Made by a program: the position numbers and the translations under genes
The notes under the pieces: model-generated
Seen by the model: the letters and a program-made list of their open reading frames with translations, nothing else
What the model was told of the DNA's origin: nothing
The model's database searches: none
Origin: Candidatus Caccalectryoclostridium excrementigallinarum
GTDB lineage: Bacteria > Bacillota > Clostridia > Christensenellales > UBA3700
Assembly: GCA_018714485.1 (NCBI GenBank)
Contig: DVNJ01000032.1
Location: 4,135 to 68,134, forward strand
Length of the DNA stretch: 64,000 nt
Direction of reading: 5' to 3'
In this document: piece after piece, positions 19,179-28,716 of the stretch
Position numbering within the stretch: the first letter of the stretch is position 1
Layout: every line of letters begins with the position of its first letter

Positions 19179-20450
19179 ATGAAAGAAGGCACAAAATGCG
19201 TACAGGAAGGTTACACGCCGGCTAACGGCGCGCCCCGCGTGCTCCCGCTCTATCAGAGCACGACTTTCGCCTACGACACGCCCGAACAGCTGGCGCAGGT
19301 TTTCGACCTTAAAGACCCCGGATATATGTATTCGCGCTTGGGCAATCCCACCTGCGACGCGCTGGAAAAGAAAGTCGCGGCGCTCGAAGGCGGCGCGGCG
19401 GCGATCTCCGCTTCTTCGGGAATGTCGGCGATACTCATGGCGGTGACCAACGTCTGCAGCGCGGGCGACAACATCATCTCTTACGCCAAGATCTACGGCG
19501 GGACGTTCAACCTCTTCAACGTCACCTTGCGCAGGTTAGGGATAGAGTGCCGCTTCATCGACGCCGAGACTTCCGCCGAAGAGATAGAAAAGCTCATCGA
19601 CGACAAGACCCGCCTCGTCTACGGCGAGAGCCTCGCCAATCCCGGCATGGACATTTTCGATTACGAAAAGATAGTCCCGCTCTGCCGCAAGCACGGCGTT
19701 TTGCTCTTTATAGACAACACGTTGACCACGCCCGTCCTTCATCGTCCTTTCGAATGGGGCGCGGACGTCGTCGTGCATTCCACGACCAAATATATGGACG
19801 GACACGCAAGCTCTTTGGGCGGCATGGTCGTTTGCTCGAAGACGCTCGATTTCACGGGCAATCCCCGTTATCCCATGTTCACCACGCCCGACGAGAGCTA
19901 TCACGGCATGGTCTATCAGACCGCCTGCGGCAGCAGCGCGTTCGTGGTCAAGATCAGGGCGCAGATGCTGCGCGACTTGGGCTGCTGCATGAGCCCCTTC
20001 AACGCCTATCTCACCAATATGGGCATGGAGACCATGCATTTGAGAATGAAGGCGCACAGCGAAAACGCCGCCGCGCTGGCGCAGGAGCTGCAAAAATGCG
20101 AAAACGTGGAATGGGTGCGTTATCCCGCGCTCGTCTCCGATCCCGTGCACGCCATGGCGGAAAAATATTTTAACGGCGGCTGCTCGGGCATGATCACTTT
20201 CGGTATCAAGGGCGGCAGGAGCGCCGCCAACAAGTTCATGAAGGCGCTTAAACTGGCAAAGATAGTCACGCATATCGCCGACGTGCGCACCTGCGTGCTG
20301 CATCCCGCCACGACCACTCACCGCCAGCTGAGCGACGAGCAGCTCATCGAGGCGGGCGTGCCCGACAACCTCATTCGCGTTTCCGTGGGTATTGAGGACA
20401 GGGAAGACATCATCGCCGACATGCTGCAAGCGCTCGAAGCGGCGAAGTAA
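19179..20450 (+). CDS. metY: O-acetylhomoserine aminocarboxypropyltransferase (sulfhydrylase)
   Basis: Cys/Met-metabolism PLP enzyme with PLP-lysine motif HSTTKYMDGH, 423 aa. Confidence 0.9.
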   Translation: MKEGTKCVQEGYTPANGAPRVLPLYQSTTFAYDTPEQLAQVFDLKDPGYMYSRLGNPTCDALEKKVAALEGGAAAISASSGMSAILMAVTNVCSAGDNIISYAKIYGGTFNLFNVTLRRLGIECRFIDAETSAEEIEKLIDDKTRLVYGESLANPGMDIFDYEKIVPLCRKHGVLLFIDNTLTTPVLHRPFEWGADVVVHSTTKYMDGHASSLGGMVVCSKTLDFTGNPRYPMFTTPDESYHGMVYQTACGSSAFVVKIRAQMLRDLGCCMSPFNAYLTNMGMETMHLRMKAHSENAAALAQELQKCENVEWVRYPALVSDPVHAMAEKYFNGGCSGMITFGIKGGRSAANKFMKALKLAKIVTHIADVRTCVLHPATTTHRQLSDEQLIEAGVPDNLIRVSVGIEDREDIIADMLQALEAAK

Positions 20451-20461
20451 GAGGAGAGAAA

Positions 20462-21367
20462 ATGCCCATAGTTATCCCTAAATCGCTGCCCGCGCACGAC
20501 ATACTCGCGCGGGAGAACATATTCGTAATGTCGCATGCGCGCGCTACCCGCCAGGACATACGTCCGATCGAGATAGCGATAGTCAATCTCATGCCCACGA
20601 AGGTGGACACGGAGACTCAGCTCATGCGCCTTTTGGGCAATTCGCCGCTGCAAGTGAACGTCACGCTCGTCAAGACGGGCAGTTATACGGGCACGCACAC
20701 GCCGCTTGAACACTTGGACAGGTTTTACAAGACTTTCGCCGAGATCAGGCACCGCAAGTTCGACGGCATGATAGTGACCGGCGCGCCCGTGGAGACGCTG
20801 CCCTTCGAAGAGGTGGCTTATTGGGACGAACTTAAAGAGATAATGGACTATGCGGACAAATATATCACGTCCACCGTCTTTATCTGCTGGGGCGCGCAGG
20901 CGGCGCTCTATCACTATTACGGGATCAACAAGGTCGCGCTGCCCGAAAAGCTCTTCGGCGTTTACCGCGTGCGTTCGCTGGACGAAAACGAACCGCTTCT
21001 GCGCGGCATGAACGACATCATGCATATCCCTATGTCGCGGCATACCGCCGTGGACGAGGACGCCGTCGCCGCCTGTAAGGAGATCAAGGTGCTCGCCGCG
21101 GGCGATCAATGCGGACTTTCCATCGCCAAGAGCAAGGACAATAAGAAGTTTTTCTTCACGGGGCATTCGGAATACGACCGCTTCACCCTGCGTTCGGAAT
21201 ATCTGCGCGACAGGGAAAAGGGGCTGCCCATCAAGCCGCCCGTGCACTATTTCATCGACGGCGACATCGACCGCGTGAATATGAAGTGGCGCTCGACGGC
21301 GACGCTGCTTTTCAACAACTGGCTCAACTATGTCTATCAGGTGACCCCTTACGACATCAATGGCTGA
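20462..21367 (+). CDS. metA: homoserine O-acyltransferase (MetA/HTS family)
   Basis: MPIVIPKSLPA..., VTGAPVE, ICWGAQAAL active-site region. Confidence 0.9.
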   Translation: MPIVIPKSLPAHDILARENIFVMSHARATRQDIRPIEIAIVNLMPTKVDTETQLMRLLGNSPLQVNVTLVKTGSYTGTHTPLEHLDRFYKTFAEIRHRKFDGMIVTGAPVETLPFEEVAYWDELKEIMDYADKYITSTVFICWGAQAALYHYYGINKVALPEKLFGVYRVRSLDENEPLLRGMNDIMHIPMSRHTAVDEDAVAACKEIKVLAAGDQCGLSIAKSKDNKKFFFTGHSEYDRFTLRSEYLRDREKGLPIKPPVHYFIDGDIDRVNMKWRSTATLLFNNWLNYVYQVTPYDING

Positions 21368-21514
21368 GCGCAAAAAAAGACCGCGTCCGAGAGATCGGGC
21401 GCTTTTTTTGCGGAAAAATTAAATAACATTAACATTTTACTTGCCTTGCGCGTGCGGCGGGTATATAATGCATATGCCGAACGGGATGATAAGCCCGATC
21501 GGGAGGAGGTCGTT

Positions 21515-21727
21515 ATGCCGATAGTGCTCGCCCCCGTGGGGCAAAAAGTGAGAATAGTGGCGATGTCGCTGGACGATGAGGTGAAAAAGCACCTCACCGA
21601 TATGGGCGTGGCGATAGGGAGCGAAGTCGAGGTGGTCTCGAACGCGGGCGGAAGCGTGGTCCTGGACGTGCTCGGCGCGCGGGTCGCGCTCAACAGAGAG
21701 GTCGCCATGAAGATAAGAGTGGCGTGA
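21515..21727 (+). CDS. FeoA family protein
   Basis: 70 aa SH3-like FeoA pattern (GQKVRIVAM...MGVAIGSEVEVV). GGAGGAGG RBS. No feoB in the window. Confidence 0.65.
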   Translation: MPIVLAPVGQKVRIVAMSLDDEVKKHLTDMGVAIGSEVEVVSNAGGSVVLDVLGARVALNREVAMKIRVA

Positions 21728-21760
21728 GCGGCGCTCAAATGGCTCGGAGAGAATGAAAAA

Positions 21761-21787
21761 GGGCGGGAGGCATAAGACCTTCCGCCC
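21761..21787. terminator. bidirectional intrinsic terminator (feoA / tRNA-Arg)
   Basis: GGGCGGGAGG-cataaga-CCTTCCGCCC flanked by an A-run and a T-rich run. Confidence 0.55.
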
Positions 21788-21794
21788 TCTTTGC

Positions 21795-21871
21795 TGGCGC
21801 ACCCTAAGGAGCTCGAATCCCTAACCTTTGGTTCCGTAGACCAACGCTCTATCCAATTGAGCTAAGGGTGC
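21795..21871 (-). tRNA. tRNA-Arg (anticodon ACG)
   Basis: Manual cloverleaf: acceptor GCACCCT/AGGGTGC, anticodon loop CTACGGA, T-loop TTCGAGC, encoded CCA. Confidence 0.9.
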
Positions 21872-21945
21872 ATATCCCGCTTTCGGAATACTATTATAGA
21901 ATCATTCGGCGAAGATGTCAAATAAAATGCGGATATTTTTTGCGA

Positions 21946-22758
21946 TCAGCCTTTGTCTTTTGCGCAAAAGGTCGAGCAAAAGCCGTCACGGACGCCTTTG
22001 AGCCGCTCGTCGAGATAACTTTCGGCGGCGCGCGCCATCTCCTCGGGGACGCCGTAAAAGGCTTCGGCGACGCTGCAGGCGATGGCGGCGAGGGTGTCGC
22101 TGTCTCCGCCCACCGAGATCGCCGTGCGCAGCGTGTCTTCAAAGCTCTGCGCCTCGAAAAAGGTTTTAAGCGCCTGCGGCACCGTGCCTTGACAAGTCTC
22201 GTTGAAACGATAAAAGGGACGTATCTCGTCGATGGTGAAGTCGAGCGGATAATATTTTTCCGCCGTGGCGCGCAGCTCGCTCTTGCCTGCGCCGTGAAGG
22301 GCGTCGTAGATGAGCAGGGCGGTGACTTCCGCGCCCCTGATCCCTTCGGGGTGGTCGTGCGTGACGCAGGTGACCGCCCGCGCCAGCTCGATGACCTGCT
22401 CGCGGCTTTGCGCCGCATAGGCGACGGGGCTTACGCGCATCGCCGCGCCGTTGCCGAAGCTGTGGTAGGCGGGCATATCATCGGACATTATCCATTTTCC
22501 GAACCTACCGCCGTAGCCGCAGCGGGGATAATGCCTGCCTATCTCGCGCATGGTGCGCGCGCACACGTCGGGGAGCGCGGAATAGTCGCCCTTGCAGCGC
22601 ACGAGCGCCTCGGCGACGGCGAGAGTCATCACCGTGTCGTCGGTGAAAAAGCAGTTTTCGGCGAAGATCTCAAAGTCTTTTGAGCGATGGTTGTGAAACT
22701 CGAAGCGCGAGCCGGCGATGTCGCCGATAACGGCTCCGTATAACGTTTTTTTATCCAT
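21946..22758 (-). CDS. ADP-ribosylglycohydrolase family protein
   Basis: GAVIGDIAGSRFEF N-terminus and GGDSDTLAAIA metal-site motif. Start at the internal Met. Confidence 0.85.
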   Translation of the reverse strand: MDKKTLYGAVIGDIAGSRFEFHNHRSKDFEIFAENCFFTDDTVMTLAVAEALVRCKGDYSALPDVCARTMREIGRHYPRCGYGGRFGKWIMSDDMPAYHSFGNGAAMRVSPVAYAAQSREQVIELARAVTCVTHDHPEGIRGAEVTALLIYDALHGAGKSELRATAEKYYPLDFTIDEIRPFYRFNETCQGTVPQALKTFFEAQSFEDTLRTAISVGGDSDTLAAIACSVAEAFYGVPEEMARAAESYLDERLKGVRDGFCSTFCAKDKG

Positions 22759-22831
22759 ATAAATATGATAACACAAAGTCGGGCGCTTTGGCAATAGCGG
22801 GGAAATAAGACAAAAACTTTCTAAATGAAGG

Positions 22832-22858
22832 TAAAAAAATAACAATGCTTTCGCATTG
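22832..22858 (-). terminator. intrinsic terminator of the small-peptide gene
   Basis: Minus strand reads CAATGC-GAAA-GCATTG followed by TTATTTTTTT. Confidence 0.65.
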
Positions 22859-22872
22859 CCTCACATTTTCCC

Positions 22873-22941
22873 TTACCACAGTTTGAATACCAGCCCGTAT
22901 TGAGCCACATAATCTTTGAATGCCTTCCAGATCTTGCCCAT
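22873..22941 (-). CDS. 22-aa cationic amphipathic peptide (MGKIWKAFKDYVAQYGLVFKLW)
   Basis: AAGGAGG 8 nt upstream of the ATG. Own consensus promoter (23078-23106) and own terminator. Hydrophobic residues at 4,5,8,11,12,15,18,19,22. Confidence 0.5.
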   Translation of the reverse strand: MGKIWKAFKDYVAQYGLVFKLW

Positions 22942-23077
22942 AGTAAGCACCTCCTTTATATATTTCGGGTCATCGCCCCGCTTTTCGGACATTCTCCCGT
23001 CCGCGCGGCATTTCTTTTTCGCCGCGAAAGCTTTTCCCGAGTTGTCAATGTTCGTGAGCCTTTCGCTCTTTGCGCAT

Positions 23078-23106
23078 ATTATATGCCGCGGCGGGAGCGC
23101 TGTCAA
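23078..23106 (-). promoter_or_regulatory. consensus sigma-A promoter (TTGACA-17-TATAAT)
   Basis: Minus strand reads TTGACAgcgctcccgccgcggcaTATAAT, about 130 nt upstream of the 22-codon ORF. Confidence 0.6.
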
Positions 23107-23210
23107 GAAAAAATCAATGCCGCCATGTAAGAAAAAGGTAAAAAATCGCGCATATAAGGCGTTTTTAATCTTTTTACCGAACGCGGTCGGCAGGGCTTTC
23201 AAAACGCATA

Positions 23211-23239
23211 TTGACAAAGTATCGAGAGAAGGATATAAT
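23211..23239 (+). promoter_or_regulatory. consensus sigma-A promoter (TTGACA-17-TATAAT)
   Basis: TTGACAaagtatcgagagaaggaTATAAT, about 30 nt upstream of the ATG at 23268. Confidence 0.6.
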
Positions 23240-23267
23240 TAAAGTAAGAAAATATCGGGAGGTAAAC

Positions 23268-24794
23268 ATGGACAAGTACGATGCGGTGGTCATCGGCGCC
23301 GGCAACGGCGGCTTGGTGGCGGCAATCAGGCTCCTGCAAGGCGGGGCGAAAGTGCTGGTCGTGGAGGCGCATAACCTTCCCGGCGGCTTTGCCACGAGTT
23401 TTCGCAGGGGCAGGTTCGAGTTCGAAGCGTCGCTGCACGAGCTGAACGATTTCGGTCCGAAAGACAACGGCGGTGACGTGAGGAAGCTGTTCGACGAGCT
23501 GGGGGTGACGGACAAGATAGAGTGGACGCCCATTCCCGACGCTTATCGACTGATCTGTAAGAGCGAGGGGCTGGACGTGCTCATGCCCTTCGGAAAGCAG
23601 GCGTATATCGAGAAAATGGTGAGCGAGGTGCCTTCTTCGCGCAAGTCCATCGAGGCGTTTTTCGAGCTTGCCGAGCAGACGCGCGAGGCGCAGGCTTACA
23701 CGAATTCCAAAAACGGGATCGTGGATTCCTCTTACATGGTGAAAAATCACGGCAATTATGTGCGCACGGGCTCTTATTCGGTCAACGAAGTCCTCGAATC
23801 GATCAAGATGCCCGAAAAGGCGAAAAAGATACTCAACGCCTATTGGTGCTATTTGGGCGCGCACTGCGACGATCTGAGCTTTTCGCATTATGCCTCCATG
23901 GTCGTGCGCTATATCACGCGCGGCGCGATGATGCCCAAGGGGCGCTCGCACGAGATCTCGCTCGCGCTCTGCGAACGCATACGCGAGCTGGGCGGGGAGA
24001 TCTGGTTCAACACCAAAGCCGAAAAGATATTGACGGGCGCGGACGGCGGCGTGGAAGGCGTCGTGCTCAAAGGCGGAAGGAAGATAACGACGCGGCACGT
24101 CATCGCCAACTGTGCGCCACATCTCGTTTACGGCGGCATGCTCGACAAGGTCCCCGAAAAAGCCGTCAGGGCGACCAACGCGCGCAAGTTCGCGGGCAGA
24201 GGATTTTCCATGTTCCTCGGGCTGAACAAGAGCGCGGACGAGCTGGGGATAGAAAATCACAACTATTTTCTCTATGACACCATGGACACGGCGGCGCAGT
24301 ACGAGCTGATGAAAAAGATAGACAGCAACCGCGTTCAGGCAACCGTCTGCCTCAACAGGGCTTATCCCGAATGTTCGCCCGCGGGCACGACGATGATGTA
24401 TTTCACCACTCTCTATATGTCGGACGCATGGGGCGAGGTCTCGCCGCGCGATTACGCCGCAACAAAGGAAAAGGTCGCCAATATCATGATAGACCGCTTC
24501 GAGGCGGACACGGGCAGCAAAATAAGGGATAGCATCGAGGAGATATGCGTGGCGACGCCCATGACTTACGCCCGTTACTGCGGACACCCGCAGGGGGATA
24601 TTTACGGCTATGAGTCGCAATATTGGGACGGACTCAATCCGCGCCTGCAAATGATGGCGCAAGACCACATAACGCGCGGACTGCGCTTTGCGGGCGGCTT
24701 TTCCATGCGTCTCTCCGGCTATTCGAGCGCATATTTTTCGGGCGACATAACCGGCAGACAGACGGTCGGGGACATCAAAAAGGAGGGCTGCTGA
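23268..24794 (+). CDS. phytoene desaturase (CrtI)-family NAD(P)/FAD-dependent oxidoreductase
   Basis: N-terminal YDAVVIGAGNGGLVAA dinucleotide fold, about 510 aa amine-oxidase/CrtI-like architecture. Confidence 0.85.
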   Translation: MDKYDAVVIGAGNGGLVAAIRLLQGGAKVLVVEAHNLPGGFATSFRRGRFEFEASLHELNDFGPKDNGGDVRKLFDELGVTDKIEWTPIPDAYRLICKSEGLDVLMPFGKQAYIEKMVSEVPSSRKSIEAFFELAEQTREAQAYTNSKNGIVDSSYMVKNHGNYVRTGSYSVNEVLESIKMPEKAKKILNAYWCYLGAHCDDLSFSHYASMVVRYITRGAMMPKGRSHEISLALCERIRELGGEIWFNTKAEKILTGADGGVEGVVLKGGRKITTRHVIANCAPHLVYGGMLDKVPEKAVRATNARKFAGRGFSMFLGLNKSADELGIENHNYFLYDTMDTAAQYELMKKIDSNRVQATVCLNRAYPECSPAGTTMMYFTTLYMSDAWGEVSPRDYAATKEKVANIMIDRFEADTGSKIRDSIEEICVATPMTYARYCGHPQGDIYGYESQYWDGLNPRLQMMAQDHITRGLRFAGGFSMRLSGYSSAYFSGDITGRQTVGDIKKEGC

Positions 24795-24795
24795 G

Positions 24796-25950
24796 ATGAA
24801 ATTCAAAAGACAGATATTCGGTTTCATGGATCTGATCCGTTTCAAGAAGATGGTGCCAAAGAGGGCGGCTAAGCTCGCCGAGGCGCCCGCGACGCCGCTC
24901 CCGAAGACTTACCGCGTCAACGAGACCGCGAAGATCTTGCATCCGGGAATGCAGAAAGCCGAGCTTATCGCCGTGAAAGAGGAGACGCCCGACATGAAGA
25001 CGTTCACTTTCCGCCTGAGCAGAAAGATGATGTTCCGCGCGGGCGAATATGTCACCGTGGGGCAAAGGGTGGGCGAGTCCTTCCTCTCGCGTCCCTATGC
25101 GATCGCCTCTTCGCCGCTTACCGCGCTTGAAAAGGGCGAGATCTCGGTGGGCATAAAAAAGGCGGGCTTTTTCAGCGGCATCATGTTCGACAAAGCCAAA
25201 GTCGGCGATCTCTTTCAAATAGGCGATCCCTCGGGATTTTTCTTCCATGACGGCATACGCGACAGGAAAAACGTCGTCGGTATCGCGGGCGGCAGCGGCA
25301 TCACGCCCTTTTTGAGCATGGCGCGGGCGATCGCCGAGGGGAGCGAAGACTTTTCTCTCACCCTGCTTTACGGCGCGCGCACGGAAAAAGACCTCGCCTA
25401 TAAGGACGAGCTTGACAGGCTCGCGGGAGAGAAGTTCAAGGTCGTCTATGTGCTCAGCGAGCAAAAGAGCGACAAGTACGAGCAGGGATTCATCACCGCC
25501 GAGCTGATCGAAAAGTATGCGGGAAGAGAGGTCTCCGTGTTCATGTGCGGACCGCAGGCGATGTACGACTTTGCGGATAAGCAGCTGAAAAAGCTCGGTT
25601 TGTGCGGAAAGTTCGTGCGCAAAGAATCCAACTGTACGGGCGTGAGGGACGTCGAACCGAAGGAATATCCGCTCACCGTCCATATCCGCGACGAGGTCTT
25701 CAAGGTGAAGGCAAGCGCAAGCGAAACGCTGCTCACGGCGATGGAGCGCGCGGGCTTGAACGTGCCTGCGAAGTGCCGCGCGGGCGGCTGCGGCTATTGC
25801 CACAGCAGGCTGATAAGCGGAAAATTTACGATAGCGGGCGACGACAAGCGCCGCCTCGCGGACAAAAAGTTCTCTTTCATCCACCCTTGCTGCACTTATC
25901 CCGACTCGGCGATCGAGCTTGAAGTGCCCAAAGGCGAAGCGGAAGAATAA
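24796..25950 (+). CDS. ferredoxin-NAD(P) reductase-like flavoprotein with C-terminal 2Fe-2S ferredoxin domain
   Basis: RPYAIAS (FAD), GIAGGSGITP (NAD(P)H), CRAGGCGYCHS plus a distal Cys (plant-type 2Fe-2S). Starts 2 nt after the preceding stop. Confidence 0.85.
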   Translation: MKFKRQIFGFMDLIRFKKMVPKRAAKLAEAPATPLPKTYRVNETAKILHPGMQKAELIAVKEETPDMKTFTFRLSRKMMFRAGEYVTVGQRVGESFLSRPYAIASSPLTALEKGEISVGIKKAGFFSGIMFDKAKVGDLFQIGDPSGFFFHDGIRDRKNVVGIAGGSGITPFLSMARAIAEGSEDFSLTLLYGARTEKDLAYKDELDRLAGEKFKVVYVLSEQKSDKYEQGFITAELIEKYAGREVSVFMCGPQAMYDFADKQLKKLGLCGKFVRKESNCTGVRDVEPKEYPLTVHIRDEVFKVKASASETLLTAMERAGLNVPAKCRAGGCGYCHSRLISGKFTIAGDDKRRLADKKFSFIHPCCTYPDSAIELEVPKGEAEE

Positions 25951-25955
25951 AAAGC

Positions 25956-25982
25956 GGGCGAGCCTTGCGCTCGCCCTTTTTC
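25956..25982 (+). terminator. intrinsic terminator
   Basis: GGGCGAGC-cttgc-GCTCGCCC followed by TTTTT. Confidence 0.7.
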
Positions 25983-26025
25983 TGTCTTATTTCGCTATCT
26001 TGTTTCGCGCTCGTATTTAGCGGAC

Positions 26026-26937
26026 TTATCTCGACGTGACGTCCTTGATAAATTCGAGCATAAGGGCGTTGTTCTCCTCCGCCGCCTTTCCCTTCCAGGT
26101 GAGCGGGAAAGTATGGTTTTGCATGAACTTGACCGAGTGATATTCGCGGTAAGGGATATTGAAGCTCTTGAATTTTTCTATCATCGCCTCGCCCTGTCCG
26201 CCGCAGAAGAAATCCTTCTCGGCATAGGTGATGAAAGTTTCGGGGAAGTTTTCGCTTACATAATCGATGGGGGAGAGCATGTCGTATTTTTCGTAGGTTG
26301 CGATGTCTTTGAGTTCGATTCCCAAGTAATCTTTGACGATCCCGCCCGTGAGGTTGAAGGCTATCTTGCGCCCCAGCGCCTTTTCGAGGTCGTAAACGCC
26401 GCAGTCGAGAATGGCTCCCGCGATCTTGCCCTTCAAGCTCACGCCGAACTTTTCGCTCAGCTCCCCGCTGCATTGCAGCGCGCAAAGCTGAGCGCAGTAA
26501 TACGCGCCCGCGGAGTCGCCGCAGACGAGTATCTTTTGCTTGTCGAAGCCGTACTTGTCCGCCATGTCGACGAGGCTGTTGAAGGCGTTGGCGCAGTCTC
26601 TGACGGGGTCGGGGAACTTGCTTTGAGGTCCCAGCCCGTAATTTATCGAAAAGACGGCGACGCCCGTGTTCTTCACCATCCAGAGCGAAAGTCCGCGCCT
26701 ATGCTTTTTGTCGCCCGCGACAAAGCCGCCGCCGTGTATCTCCAAAACGGCGCCCACGGGCTTTTTGTCCTTGGGAAGATAGAGGTCTCCCTTGCAGATC
26801 TCGGGGCGGGAAGGATCGTAGACGAGGTCGTTTTCGACGACGACGGCGCCTTCCTTGTCCTTGCAGACCTTGCGCTTGTTCTGCGCTCCGTCAAAGAGCA
26901 CGTCGATGGCTTTGAAAACAGTTACCGCAAAAGACAT
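26026..26937 (-). CDS. alpha/beta hydrolase (esterase/lipase type)
   Basis: HGGGF oxyanion motif and GDSAG nucleophile elbow. Confidence 0.85.
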   Translation of the reverse strand: MSFAVTVFKAIDVLFDGAQNKRKVCKDKEGAVVVENDLVYDPSRPEICKGDLYLPKDKKPVGAVLEIHGGGFVAGDKKHRRGLSLWMVKNTGVAVFSINYGLGPQSKFPDPVRDCANAFNSLVDMADKYGFDKQKILVCGDSAGAYYCAQLCALQCSGELSEKFGVSLKGKIAGAILDCGVYDLEKALGRKIAFNLTGGIVKDYLGIELKDIATYEKYDMLSPIDYVSENFPETFITYAEKDFFCGGQGEAMIEKFKSFNIPYREYHSVKFMQNHTFPLTWKGKAAEENNALMLEFIKDVTSR

Positions 26938-27028
26938 AAAAAACTCCTTTTGCCGAGCTTTTCGGCAGGTTATGAGGATATTATACGACACAATGCCGCA
27001 TAATGCAAGCCGCGACGATAAAATATCC

Positions 27029-27871
27029 TTATTTTTTCCCGAATTTTTCGTCCAAGAAGGCGTTCAGCTGCACGGGCCAATCCGTCTGGATGACGCGGTA
27101 GCCGCGGTCGAGAAGAAAGCCCCAATGCTTGTTCCTGTCGCCGAAGAGGGCGAAGTTGTCGCCGTGGTTGGCGCACATGTCCGGCTTGCCGTTGAGGGTG
27201 ATCGAGTTGACCCAAATGAACCTGCCCGCCTTTCTCTCCTTTTCCACAAAGTCCGCCCGCGAAAAGAGGTCCTGTTCGTCGTAAAAGAGCACCTCCACGC
27301 CGCGCATCTTCACGCCGTGCTTTTCGCATTCGCCGAGGGCGACGGGATAATTCGAGGACTTTTTGCAGATGGGCATGAACCAGGCGTCGGGATAGTTTCT
27401 GAAAATGTCCAAAAGGCGGTTGCGCCCGGGACGGACGTAGCCCTTGAAGAGTATCTGATCGAACATATCCAGCTTTTTCACGATCTCGAGGCACTTGACC
27501 ACGTCCGCATACCAGATACGGTCGAAATTCAAAAGCCCCTTGCCCTTGAGGGCGGAAAGATATTCTTCAAGGTCGTTGATGCCGTAATCCAAAAGTCCGC
27601 CATAAGCCGAGCGCAAGCGGCGCTTTTTCAGCTCGCTCATGAGCGAGAGCCTGATCGGCCAGGCGGGAAAGACGATGCGGAAATCCATATTTTCGTGGAA
27701 GACGGCTATCTTGTTGTCCAGCGTCCTCAAAACGTCGAATTCGACGATGTCCGCCCCTTCTTCAAAGGCGGTGAGGGCGGAATAGACGGTGTTTTCCGCG
27801 ACGGAAGCGCCGTTCTTGCCCCTATGGACCGCCACGAGCGGTCTGCCTTCTTCCAAAAATCTCTCTAACAT
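27029..27871 (-). CDS. glycerophosphodiester phosphodiesterase family protein
   Basis: VAVHRG...ENT...EFDV GDPD N-terminal motifs. Confidence 0.75.
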   Translation of the reverse strand: MLERFLEEGRPLVAVHRGKNGASVAENTVYSALTAFEEGADIVEFDVLRTLDNKIAVFHENMDFRIVFPAWPIRLSLMSELKKRRLRSAYGGLLDYGINDLEEYLSALKGKGLLNFDRIWYADVVKCLEIVKKLDMFDQILFKGYVRPGRNRLLDIFRNYPDAWFMPICKKSSNYPVALGECEKHGVKMRGVEVLFYDEQDLFSRADFVEKERKAGRFIWVNSITLNGKPDMCANHGDNFALFGDRNKHWGFLLDRGYRVIQTDWPVQLNAFLDEKFGKK

Positions 27872-27988
27872 ATTTTGCTCCTCTTGGGCGCAGTCCAATA
27901 TATCTCAATGATAACATATCCGCGCGCAAAAATAAAACCCGTTCGGCAAAAAAACGCCGCGCGGTCGGCGCGGCGCGGGGAAAAGCGG

Positions 27989-28549
27989 TCAGTCGCTCTT
28001 TTTGACCTCTTCCGCCTTTTGCCTCAGGGCAAAGACGTTGGTGGGATAAAGGGGAGAACGCCTCGCGCGCGAGAGGCGCTCGAGCGCCAGATAAAGGGGC
28101 ATGCCGAGCGCGTAGACCCAGAGCAGCTGCGTGCAGCTCATGGAGAGCAGGTTTGTCCAAAACGCGCCCGCGCCGCCCATTATCAGCCACATGACGGGCA
28201 ATATTATCGCGTTGAGAAAGACGGGGAATATCCCGCCCACGAGCGCGCGCAGGATAGGCTTTTTGAAAAAGCGGGGAATGACATAGGTCAGGCAGGCGGC
28301 GATAAGGGTGACGAGGCTGCCCACGACTATGTCCGCCACGCCGTAAGGCGAGAGCAGATTGGCGATGAGACAGCCCACGAAAAGCGCGGGAATGCTCTCC
28401 GCGTAAAGCAGGGGCAGGAGCGTGAGCGCCTCGGCGGGACGTATCTGCAAGGGTCCGTAAGCGATGCTGCCCAAGTAAATGGTCAGAACGGCATAGAGTG
28501 CGGCGATGATGCCTGCGCGGCAAATAACTTTGACGGGGGATCTCTTCAT
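27989..28549 (-). CDS. queT: queuosine precursor transporter QueT
   Basis: About 185 aa polytopic protein with QueT-type sequence (GSIAYGPLQIRPAEALTLLP). Preceded by a preQ1 riboswitch. Confidence 0.85.
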   Translation of the reverse strand: MKRSPVKVICRAGIIAALYAVLTIYLGSIAYGPLQIRPAEALTLLPLLYAESIPALFVGCLIANLLSPYGVADIVVGSLVTLIAACLTYVIPRFFKKPILRALVGGIFPVFLNAIILPVMWLIMGGAGAFWTNLLSMSCTQLLWVYALGMPLYLALERLSRARRSPLYPTNVFALRQKAEEVKKSD

Positions 28550-28556
28550 GAAAATA

Positions 28557-28599
28557 CCTCGGTTTTTTTATTCGGAAGTGTTGACCGAAAACCTTCCGT
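28557..28599 (-). promoter_or_regulatory. preQ1-I riboswitch
   Basis: Minus strand reads CGGAAG-GUUUUCGGUCAACA-CUUCCG-AAUAAAAAAACCGAGG. It has a 6-bp P1, an A-rich tail, and a tail CCGA that can pair with loop UCGG (H-type pseudoknot) and overlaps the SD 8 nt before the queT ATG. Confidence 0.7.
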
Positions 28600-28716
28600 G
28601 AGCAATAGCGTATCATATCGCGGGCGTAAAGGCAAGCATATGAGGAAAAAAGTTGAAAAATTTTCCGCAAAACGCTTTATTTTATCAAATCGATGTGCTA
28701 CAATATTGTAGCTTGA

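Noticed and set aside
22873-23217. 114-aa ORF (-) containing the 22-aa peptide at its C-terminus
   Set aside because: Its N-terminal two thirds lie upstream of and across the consensus promoter at 23078-23106. Only the last 22 codons have a proper RBS.
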